DNA from: Oscillospiraceae bacterium
Lineage (GTDB): Bacteria > Bacillota > Clostridia > Oscillospirales > Ruminococcaceae
DNA length: 64,000 bases
Reading direction: 5' to 3'
Assembly (NCBI GenBank): GCA_018110825.1
Contig: JAGBCL010000046.1
Coordinates: 3,064 to 67,063, forward strand
In this document: positions 46,597 to 54,195 of the stretch, one piece after another
Layout of the letters: each line of letters opens with the position of its first letter
Position numbering within the stretch: the stretch's first letter is position 1
The notes under the pieces: model-generated
Database searches by the model: none
What the model was told of the DNA's origin: nothing
The model's input: the letters and a program-made list of their open reading frames with translations, nothing else
Made by a program: the position numbers and the translations under genes

Positions 46597-47838
46597 ATGA
46601 AGAAAAGTATTTTAATCAGTATGGTATTATCTGTTTTTATTTTATCTTCCTGTGAAGTGGGAGAAGAGACTTTATCTGAAAATCAAAATAAGCAAAACGA
46701 GATTATTCTTACAAGAATAACTGAATCTCACGATTTTCTCTATACTTTAATTGATAATTACAACAGCGAAAGTGATGTTCAAATCACCTTAAAAGAATAT
46801 CCTTCGTCTGAGCAGCTTACAATGGCTATTCTTGGAGGAGAACCAATAGATATTGTTTATTCTGGAAAAACGTTAGATGTTTCACCTTTAGTAAGCAAAG
46901 GCTTTTTTATAGATTTTTCTCAATACATAAATGAAGATGAATATGTAAACTCAGTCATTGATGCGATGAAGCAGGATGGTAAGCTATATGAGCTGCCTTA
47001 TGATTTTGATGTTGAATCAGCTATTGCAAAATCCGATTTATGGGGTGAAGATACAGACACTACCTTCTCTCATATTACCGAAAAATCTACAAATTTGGGT
47101 TGCTGGATTCCGTTCGATTTTACAATGGATTCCTATGGGTTTGTAAGTTTTATTAAATCAGAGTTTATTGATCTGGAAAACCGCACCTGTAATTTTAACA
47201 GCAAAGAGTTTGAAGAATTTATCCTGTTTATGAAGGAGTATTATTCTTCGGTTAAGAACTTATCAAATGAACAACTTTATAATGAATTCAAAAATGATAA
47301 TATGCTTATGCTTGCAACAGGATTTTCAAGTTTTGATCAATTGGATTATCTGGAAAGAGATATTGGTGCAAAAGTCAAATTTGTGGGTTTCCCTTCTGAA
47401 CAGAATAATTATCACATAGCAGTTCCACGTTCGACGTTCTCAGTTGCCCAAAACTCATTAAATAAAGATACTGCTGTTGATTTTGTTAAGTATTGCGTAT
47501 CTTACGATGCATATATTACAACAAATCCTGATGGTTCTGAAATGATTGCCCATAGTTTTAGTTTGCCGATAAACGTAAAAGCACTTGAATTTTGTTATAA
47601 CCTCTCAATACAAAGTAATATCTATGATATTGATGAAACAATGCTTGTTTCCAACAGGGAACAGCTTTTATCTCAGATAAATTCAGTTTCGGCAGCAGCA
47701 CGTTTATCTGATGATAATATCAAGGATATTCTTAATGATGAACTTTCAGCGTTTTTTGCCGGTGATAAGGATGTAGGAACAGTTAGTGAGAATATTCAGA
47801 GCAGATGTATGCTTTTGTTGTGGGAGCAGTATGAGTAA
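46597..47838 (+). CDS. Extracellular solute-binding lipoprotein (ABC SBP family 1-like), orphan
   Basis: Lipobox VFILSSC. Size and sequence character fit a sugar/oligomer-type SBP. No permease or ATPase gene lies nearby. Confidence 0.55.
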   Translation: MKKSILISMVLSVFILSSCEVGEETLSENQNKQNEIILTRITESHDFLYTLIDNYNSESDVQITLKEYPSSEQLTMAILGGEPIDIVYSGKTLDVSPLVSKGFFIDFSQYINEDEYVNSVIDAMKQDGKLYELPYDFDVESAIAKSDLWGEDTDTTFSHITEKSTNLGCWIPFDFTMDSYGFVSFIKSEFIDLENRTCNFNSKEFEEFILFMKEYYSSVKNLSNEQLYNEFKNDNMLMLATGFSSFDQLDYLERDIGAKVKFVGFPSEQNNYHIAVPRSTFSVAQNSLNKDTAVDFVKYCVSYDAYITTNPDGSEMIAHSFSLPINVKALEFCYNLSIQSNIYDIDETMLVSNREQLLSQINSVSAAARLSDDNIKDILNDELSAFFAGDKDVGTVSENIQSRCMLLLWEQYE

Positions 47839-47924
47839 AAAAAGATATAAATTCTAAAGATTGTGTGTTATCATACTAATGAAAATATATTATATGCCAA
47901 AAATACTGAGGAGGAATCAAGCTT

Positions 47925-48779
47925 ATGTCAAATACAAAAGAAAACAAGTTGATGAAATTATGTGCTACACTTATCATATGTCTACTATGTATTGTAAATA
48001 TATATAGTTTGCCTGTTTCTGCAGTTGCAAGTGATCTTCCTGTCATTCGCAGCGTTAATGGATGGAGCGTTCCAGCTGGTTCTACAAAGCAAAGCAGTAC
48101 AGGAGTATATCTATATCCTGGAGATATTGTATATTTTGATTTTACATATACTCCATCACATACAAGCATGTCATTTGGATTGTTGACACCTTCGAATACC
48201 TTTAAATTGTTTAATACTGCAGGAAGCGGAATTGCTAAGAGTACCATTACAATTACAGAAGAAGGGGTGTATAAGTTCAGAGTTAGAAATAATTCATCAT
48301 CTTATGATGCAACTATAAACGGAAAATATTATACAGGTTGTTCATATCCTTTTAGAAGTCCTTATGTGGCAAAAAAAATATCTACTTCTTATACCTCATC
48401 TCATTATGGGTTAGATATTGTTGCAACTACTCCTGGTGCTATTGAAGGTTATCCTATTTATTCTATTCAGAAAGGAACTGTTGAAGTTGCTGAATTTTCA
48501 GCATCAGCAGGATATTATGTAGTTATAATTGGGGATAATGGTTATACAGCCCGATATTTACATATGCAAGACACTCTAGAAGTGAATGCAGGAGATAACG
48601 TTACATATACAACATTATTAGGCTATGTTGGAAATAGCGGAATTTCAACAGGACCTCATTTACATATTGATGTAAATACAGTTAATGGAACTGCAGGAGA
48701 ATCTTCAGGTGGTACAATTAATTACAATACAACTATTGATCCCGAATCTTTATTTCCACAAATCAGCTTTACTTATTAA
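47925..48779 (+). CDS. Secreted M23 (LytM/lysostaphin-type) metallopeptidase
   Basis: Signal peptide. The HxxxD motif (SHYGLDIV) and HxH motif (GPHLHIDV) lie in the C-terminal half. The N-terminal ~140 aa are unassigned. Confidence 0.8.
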   Translation: MSNTKENKLMKLCATLIICLLCIVNIYSLPVSAVASDLPVIRSVNGWSVPAGSTKQSSTGVYLYPGDIVYFDFTYTPSHTSMSFGLLTPSNTFKLFNTAGSGIAKSTITITEEGVYKFRVRNNSSSYDATINGKYYTGCSYPFRSPYVAKKISTSYTSSHYGLDIVATTPGAIEGYPIYSIQKGTVEVAEFSASAGYYVVIIGDNGYTARYLHMQDTLEVNAGDNVTYTTLLGYVGNSGISTGPHLHIDVNTVNGTAGESSGGTINYNTTIDPESLFPQISFTY

Positions 48780-48800
48780 TTAAAACAGGAGGGAATTAAC

Positions 48801-49655
48801 ATGGAAAAAAGAATAAAAACAGTTATAGCCATCGCTATGGCATTAATTGCAATGTCTTCACTTACAGCTTGCAACAGTATGGAGGAAGTTACTACACATT
48901 TAACAACGTCAAATATTGCAGATAACACTCAAAAGTCAACCGAAATAAAAAACACAATAGATGTCAATATGGAAATGCCTCAGCCCTTTGAGATGGGAAT
49001 TGATGCAGGTGGGGACGAAAATGATGGCTTTTATTTACCGTTTAATTCAATTATAAATGGTATTCCTGTGGAACTTATAAAGCTGAGGGATAAAGCTGAA
49101 GTAGATAATTGGATTAATTCGTTCCCCTCAGTATCTTATGCTCCGTCAAATATTAGCGAGTATGCAAATATCTATTCATTTATAACAGATTTTTCTATTA
49201 CAAAAGATGAAGCAGAAACAGCTCTCAACTACTATCTTGATAATAATTTAATATCATATGAACAATTGAATCTTATTTATTCCGGAGACAAAGAATTGAT
49301 AACCAAAACATTTGCCTCTAAATATTCTATTGTGATTGGAGAAAGTATTTATTGTCCTAACTGGATTTATACACATTCTATTGATGATTATTCAGATGCA
49401 GGGATAACAACTGATAAAATCGACATGATGGCATCTATCTACTCTGATTTTACTTTTACTGAAGAAGCACGAAAAGCATTTGAAGGAAAATTGTCATTGT
49501 ATTCAAATAAAACAATTAACATAAAATCAAAAGCATCTAAAACAAAATATGTTGATAAAGATGATTCTTTATGTGAGGTAATTGAGGATGAAATGGAAGA
49601 TGTCGCTGACGAAGATACAGTTGTTGATGATGTAGTGGAGGTAGTACAAGAATAA
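48801..49655 (+). CDS. Putative lipoprotein with an acidic C-terminus
   Basis: Lipobox SSLTAC. The C-terminal tail is rich in D/E/V. No motif recognised. Confidence 0.55.
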   Translation: MEKRIKTVIAIAMALIAMSSLTACNSMEEVTTHLTTSNIADNTQKSTEIKNTIDVNMEMPQPFEMGIDAGGDENDGFYLPFNSIINGIPVELIKLRDKAEVDNWINSFPSVSYAPSNISEYANIYSFITDFSITKDEAETALNYYLDNNLISYEQLNLIYSGDKELITKTFASKYSIVIGESIYCPNWIYTHSIDDYSDAGITTDKIDMMASIYSDFTFTEEARKAFEGKLSLYSNKTINIKSKASKTKYVDKDDSLCEVIEDEMEDVADEDTVVDDVVEVVQE

Positions 49656-49699
49656 TGGCTTTCTTTTGATTTAAATAAATCAAATAGAGCATTTACCGT

Positions 49700-49830
49700 C
49701 ATGCAATTTATATTCAATATATATTAGATTGCCGTAGTCCGATTTTGTCCCCACAAAATCAATGCTTGCTATAATCAACCCACATTCTTCCGAAATGAAT
49801 ACGCCGCCTATTCTCATATTTAGAAAAATC
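49700..49830 (-). other. oriT-like region, inverted second copy (hairpin GATTTTGT-CCCC-ACAAAATC at 49741-49760)
   Basis: The reverse complement aligns over ~100 nt with 52225-52310, the region upstream of the element's mobC, including AGCAAGCATTGATTTTGT....ACAAAATCGG. Confidence 0.6.
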
Positions 49831-49885
49831 TTCTCATAAGTTGAAACCCACACAAATACGTTATTACAACCGAATATACAAGAAA

Positions 49886-49920
49886 GAAGCTTCAAAGGCT
49901 GTTAAAACCTTTGAAGCTTC
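49886..49920 (+). terminator. Perfect 13-bp stem-loop followed by a T-rich tract
   Basis: GAAGCTTCAAAGG, 9-nt loop, CCTTTGAAGCTTC, then TTTAATTTTG. Confidence 0.65.
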
Positions 49921-49969
49921 TTTAATTTTGCCTATAAATATATAAAAAAGACATCGTAATTTACATTTT

Positions 49970-50146
49970 GATGTCAAAATCAAAGTCAATCAGTCTGCAA
50001 TGCAGTAAAATGACGTCATAATCCGAAAAATGACGCATATCAGACGTCAATTTCCTGTCAAAAAGACGTCAAACCGAGAAATTTCAGCTGTGATAGAATA
50101 GAAATCAAGATAAGGAACGTCAAATCAATCGGATACGATGTCACTT
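49970..50146 (+). repeat. Array of direct GTCAA-core iterons (parC-like centromere/operator)
   Basis: Seven same-orientation GTCAA-core copies of (A/G)(A/T)(C/G)GTCAA(A/T)(A/T), plus GTCA-only or degenerate copies (GACGTCATAATC, GATGTCACTT, GACGCATATC). Examples: GATGTCAAAATC, AAAGTCAATC, GACGTCAATTTC, GACGTCAAACC, AACGTCAAATC. The array lies immediately upstream of tnpW-parM-parR. Confidence 0.65.
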
Positions 50147-50204
50147 ATCAAAAAGTACATTTCCGGCCGGACTTGTAACTTTCAAATAATACAGGAGGCA
50201 GAAA

Positions 50205-50381
50205 ATGAATGAAAGAACATACAATCCACTCGGAACTGAACACAGCATAACTATCGGTAAAACAACATTTACGGTAAATTCTTTTGCTGATACAAATTCA
50301 ACTGTTACAGCAGAAGAGCTTATCATCAGAATGTTAAAATCAAAGGTTAAAGATACGTCAAAGGAGGAAAAAACAGCATGA
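50205..50381 (+). CDS. TnpW-like small transposon protein (58 aa, not in the ORF track)
   Basis: AGGAGG RBS. The pattern ITIGKTTFTVNSF...TAEELIIRMLKSKV matches the IG-TT(Y/F)-V ... (I/L)(L/I)R(L/M)(I/L) pattern of Clostridial TnpW proteins. An ATGA overlap couples it to parM. Confidence 0.5.
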   Translation: MNERTYNPLGTEHSITIGKTTFTVNSFADTNSTVTAEELIIRMLKSKVKDTSKEEKTA

Positions 50382-51307
50382 TTCCATATAATAATTCTAT
50401 CATTATTCCCGTTGATACAGGATACGGAAATATCAAAAACTCTCTGCATTCTTTTCCGACAGGAATTACGGAATACAGCACAAAGCCTGCTTTTGAGGGC
50501 AGGATTCTTCATATCGGAGATAAGTATTACCGCATCGGCGAAGGTCATAAGGAATATATCCCCGATAAAACCATCGACGAGGAGTTTCGTCTGTTGACCA
50601 TTGCTGCAATCTGTGACGAGTGCCGCAGCTGCGGATATTATGAAGGCAATATCTACCTTGCGGTAGGTTGCCCTACTGCAATGCTTGCGGCTCAGCGTGA
50701 AAGCACAAGAGGGTATTTTCTCAGTAATCCTCATATCGACTGCGAGTATAATAACAAGCATTTTGTGCTTGAAATTGTCGGCTGTTTTGTTTATCCGCAG
50801 GGATATGCGGCGGTCACGGAGCACCTTCATAATATGACAGGTGTTAATATGATTATCGACATCGGAAACGGTACTGCGAATATTCTTCAGATCAATAACA
50901 AGCGTGTAATTGAAGATAAATGCGTAACAGAAAAGCTGGGTGTAAATCAGTATATGATTGCTGTGCAGAAAGCGGTTATGGCTCGGTTCGGCAAGAAAAT
51001 TGATACTGAAATTGTTGAGCAGTTTATCAGAAACGGGAATACAGACGCTCCCGATGAATACAGAAAGATTTTCATTGATGAAGCAAAGAAATATTGCAAA
51101 AAGCTCTTTGATGCGCTTTCCCGTTGCGAGTATGATCCCGACTTTATGAAGCTGTATATATGCGGCGGTGGCGGTCGGCTTATCAGACAGTTCAGCAGAT
51201 ATAATTCCGACAAAACTGTTTTCATTGATGATATTTGCGCTGCTGCAAAGGGTTATCAGAAGTTTACATTAAAGACGCTTAAATCCCTTGAAAAGAGGTC
51301 TGAATAA
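50378..51307 (+). CDS. parM: ParM/StbA-family actin-like segregation ATPase
   Basis: Phosphate-1 motif IPVDTGYGNIKN and phosphate-2 motif IIDIGNGTANI. YICGGGG is an adenosine-motif-like segment. Confidence 0.8.
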   Translation: MIPYNNSIIIPVDTGYGNIKNSLHSFPTGITEYSTKPAFEGRILHIGDKYYRIGEGHKEYIPDKTIDEEFRLLTIAAICDECRSCGYYEGNIYLAVGCPTAMLAAQRESTRGYFLSNPHIDCEYNNKHFVLEIVGCFVYPQGYAAVTEHLHNMTGVNMIIDIGNGTANILQINNKRVIEDKCVTEKLGVNQYMIAVQKAVMARFGKKIDTEIVEQFIRNGNTDAPDEYRKIFIDEAKKYCKKLFDALSRCEYDPDFMKLYICGGGGRLIRQFSRYNSDKTVFIDDICAAAKGYQKFTLKTLKSLEKRSE

Positions 51308-51636
51308 TGAAGCAAATCAAAAGAATCACACTCAGACTGTCACTGGATAAACAGAAGGATAAAGCAGTTGCGGACTTTCTTTCGCAACTTGATAAGTCTG
51401 AATATCGTACAGTAAATAGTGCAATAAAAACAATCCTGTATTCATTTATTAAAAACGGTATTTCAGAAAAATCCGATACAAGTGAAATAATTTCGGTAAT
51501 CAGATCAACCATTGAAACGGAATTGACACGACTATTTTCAGAATTCGTATCGCATAATACACATAATGTTATTTCAAAAGATAAACCTAAAATATCCTCC
51601 GACGACGATATTGATATGAGCTTTATAGGAGAATAA
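51307..51636 (+). CDS. ParR-like RHH adaptor (by position and N-terminal strand-helix pattern)
   Basis: 109 aa. An ATGA-type overlap couples it to the parM stop. The N-terminal KRITLRLSLDKQKDKAVADFL is RHH-like. Confidence 0.5.
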   Translation: MKQIKRITLRLSLDKQKDKAVADFLSQLDKSEYRTVNSAIKTILYSFIKNGISEKSDTSEIISVIRSTIETELTRLFSEFVSHNTHNVISKDKPKISSDDDIDMSFIGE

Positions 51637-51638
51637 AA

Positions 51639-52187
51639 ATGATGACAGTCAAGGAGCTTTGCAGGAAATATAATCTGAAATATCAGACAGTTTACAGGAA
51701 AATTTCCGCTCATAAAAAAAACGAGCTTGCAGGACACATCATAAAAGAAAATGGCGAAAGCCTTGCCCTTGATGATTATGCAGTGGATTTTCTTACGCCT
51801 TTTAATGTCAAGGTCATTCAGGCGGTTGAGGAATGTGAAGCAGTTATCAGAGAAAACAGCGATTTGAAGGATAAGCTGTATGCTGCTGAATGTAATCTCC
51901 GACGGGCAGAAAAAAGAGTATCTGATATTACTGCCGAAAATGAAAAGCTGAACGCCGAAATTAATGTGCTTACAGATGAATTATCAGATAAAGGCAAAAT
52001 AATCAAAGAGCTTGAATTTCAGTGCAATAATTACCGTCAGAAAATATCCGAACTTGAACAGGGTGCGGATAATTCTGAGTGCCGTATCTCTGAACTTGAA
52101 AAAATAATTTCAACCTTGGCAGAAGAAAACAGACTTCTTACCGAAAAGTATGAAGCTGTCCCCAAAATATTCAGAAAAAGTCAGTAG
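51639..52187 (+). CDS. HTH + long coiled-coil protein
   Basis: The N-terminal MTVKELCRKYNLKYQTVYRKI is excisionase/MerR-like HTH in character. The remainder is heptad-rich. Confidence 0.45.
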   Translation: MMTVKELCRKYNLKYQTVYRKISAHKKNELAGHIIKENGESLALDDYAVDFLTPFNVKVIQAVEECEAVIRENSDLKDKLYAAECNLRRAEKRVSDITAENEKLNAEINVLTDELSDKGKIIKELEFQCNNYRQKISELEQGADNSECRISELEKIISTLAEENRLLTEKYEAVPKIFRKSQ

Positions 52188-52224
52188 AAAAAGCTATTCT
52201 CTGCGGTAGAAAAATATTCGCATT

Positions 52225-52310
52225 ATGAGAAATGCAGAGTATTTTCATCGCAGAGAATATAGCATGATTTTAGCAAGCATTGATTTTGTTGCCACAAAAT
52301 CGGTAACGGA
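52225..52310 (+). other. oriT-like region upstream of the element's mobC (hairpin GATTTTGT-TGCC-ACAAAATC at 52282-52301)
   Basis: An inverted repeat sits directly 5' of the mobC-relaxase pair. It is homologous to the inverted copy at 49700-49830. Confidence 0.6.
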
Positions 52311-52320
52311 AAGGAGCATT

Positions 52321-52650
52321 ATGAACAGAGATAATTTCATAAAAATAAGAGTCACGGCAGATGAAATGTCTGTTATAAAAAAGAGGGCGGAAAATGCAGG
52401 AATGAATGTTAGCAAGTTTATCAGAACGCTTGTTCTCAACGGTAAAATAATTCTGTATGACACAGAAAATATTTACCGTTTTAATCAGCTTATGCGTTCT
52501 GTGGGAACAAATATAAATCAGATTGCGGCAGTTGCAAATTCGGAGAAAAGTGTGTATAAAAATGATATTGATTCACTCCGCAGAGAAATAGAGAAAATAT
52601 CGGCTGATTTTAAAAGCTGTATTTCTCCGCTTAAAAGCAACGAAATATAA
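52321..52650 (+). CDS. mobC: MobC-type relaxosome accessory protein (element copy)
   Basis: The ATG at 52321 has an AAAGGAG RBS (the track start at 52225 reads through the oriT-like repeat). VTADEMSVIKKRAENAGMNVSKFIR and INQIAAVAN are MobC motifs. Confidence 0.8.
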   Translation: MNRDNFIKIRVTADEMSVIKKRAENAGMNVSKFIRTLVLNGKIILYDTENIYRFNQLMRSVGTNINQIAAVANSEKSVYKNDIDSLRREIEKISADFKSCISPLKSNEI

Positions 52651-54195
52651 ATGGCATACATAAAGCATACCGCAATTCACACAACACCAAAAGCACATCT
52701 GAAATATATCCTGAATCCTTCCAAAAATGAGGATCTGAAGTACACTACCGCAATTTGCTGTACAAACGAATTAAACGCTGCCTATGAGGATTTCAAGGAA
52801 ATTTATGAAGCATATGCAGGTCATAAATTCGATATTCGCCATAAGCGAAAAAATGAAAGCGTCCGTATTCATTCATATATACAGTCATTTGATGAATCTG
52901 TTTCGGCTGAGACAGCACATAAAATAGGCGTTGAATGGGCGAAAGCTATGTTTGGTGAAGATCGCCCTATTATAATTTCAACACATACAAACACAGGACA
53001 TTGTCACAATCATATAGCCGTTTGCGCTTATGATGTCAGAGGCAACAGATGGCTTGCCGACAGAAAAACATATCAGCTTGCAAGGGATATTTCCGATAAA
53101 ATCTGTCTTGAACACGGTCTTGAAATCATAAAAAATCCCAAGAAAAAAAGTAATCTGAATTACAAGGAATGGGACGCACGTAAAAAGGGGTGTTCGTGGA
53201 AAATAAAAATGGCTGATACTATTGACAAGCTGATTATCTCGCCCGATGTTACCGATATAGATTCTCTTATTGAAAAAATGCGTGAGCAGGGATATGTTTT
53301 CACAAACGAAAAGCGACTGATCGCAAAGCCTGCAAACGTTAAATATGGCTGTTCATTTGCCAAGCTTGGTTACGGTTATTCTTCCGAAATGCTTATGCAG
53401 AGAATTATAAACAAGCAGAACGAATTTGCAGGATTAAAGATAAGTGCATTACTCGGTATTCAGGTTGAGCTTGCGGTCACGCTCCGTGAAAAGCAAATTG
53501 AAATTTATCGTTCCAAAACACATTATAACAGCTATGCAGAAGTGAAAAGAAGTGCTGATCTTCTGCAATTTATTCATCGTAACCATATTCACTTGCTTGA
53601 TGATATGAAAACGTTGGTAGCTAAGGCAGAAGTTACTGTAAATAAGTTGAATAACAGGTATTCTCAGATTGAACGAGATGAAAAATTGTTTGAACTTCTT
53701 AATCAATACGGTGATGAATATGCTGAACTGCTGAATACTTCCAACCGTAGTGAACATCAGCAGAAACGGCTTGAAATTCTTTACGGTAAGCTTTTACATG
53801 GTGGAATTATTATGCGTGATACTCATTCTCCCGATTGGCTTTCAAAGCTGAAAAGTGAGCTTAAGGACAGCATTTCTGAAAAGAAAAAAATATTTACTGA
53901 AATGAATAAGGCAGTAAGCGAATGCAATAAAATGAGAAATTATCTGCATAAAACAGAGGATATTTTAGAATCCGATTATGAGAGAATATATCGTCAGGAA
54001 CACTTGAAAAAGCAGATAGAAATGTATCATCAGGGTTATGAGCCGCAGGAAAACGGTACATATATCCGTGAGCCGGAGCCTGCTTTCGCAAGAAATTCCG
54101 AGCTTGAATATCTTGAAAAAAGACGTATTGCAGAGCTTGAAAAACTCAGGACTGCCGAGATAAACAACCGTAGAATCAGCACTTATTCAAGATAG
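52651..54195 (+). CDS. Relaxase/mobilization nuclease (element copy)
   Basis: HTNTGHCHNH histidine cluster and YIQSF. It is collinear with the relaxase at 368-1825 along the whole N-terminal domain. Confidence 0.85.
   Translation: MAYIKHTAIHTTPKAHLKYILNPSKNEDLKYTTAICCTNELNAAYEDFKEIYEAYAGHKFDIRHKRKNESVRIHSYIQSFDESVSAETAHKIGVEWAKAMFGEDRPIIISTHTNTGHCHNHIAVCAYDVRGNRWLADRKTYQLARDISDKICLEHGLEIIKNPKKKSNLNYKEWDARKKGCSWKIKMADTIDKLIISPDVTDIDSLIEKMREQGYVFTNEKRLIAKPANVKYGCSFAKLGYGYSSEMLMQRIINKQNEFAGLKISALLGIQVELAVTLREKQIEIYRSKTHYNSYAEVKRSADLLQFIHRNHIHLLDDMKTLVAKAEVTVNKLNNRYSQIERDEKLFELLNQYGDEYAELLNTSNRSEHQQKRLEILYGKLLHGGIIMRDTHSPDWLSKLKSELKDSISEKKKIFTEMNKAVSECNKMRNYLHKTEDILESDYERIYRQEHLKKQIEMYHQGYEPQENGTYIREPEPAFARNSELEYLEKRRIAELEKLRTAEINNRRISTYSR

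Noticed and set aside
49663-49682. 20-nt AT-only palindrome TTTGATTTAAATAAATCAAA after the lipoprotein gene.
   Set aside because: The 2-nt loop rules out a stable hairpin. AT-only palindromes of this size are common in AT-rich DNA, and there is no second copy or obvious partner.
49680-49895. 71-aa ORF on the minus strand.
   Set aside because: It spans the inverted oriT-like repeat and runs into a terminator hairpin. Its similarity to the 52225 reading frame is explained by the DNA repeat. There is no RBS.
50162-50171. GC palindrome TCCGGCCGGA between the iterons and tnpW.
   Set aside because: It is only 10 bp, the flanks are not symmetric, and it is a single copy. That is insufficient to call an operator.
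52225-52320. N-terminal extension of the second mobC ORF (track start at 52225).
   Set aside because: The extension reads through the oriT-like hairpin. A good AAAGGAG RBS precedes the ATG at 52321, and the MobC homology starts there.
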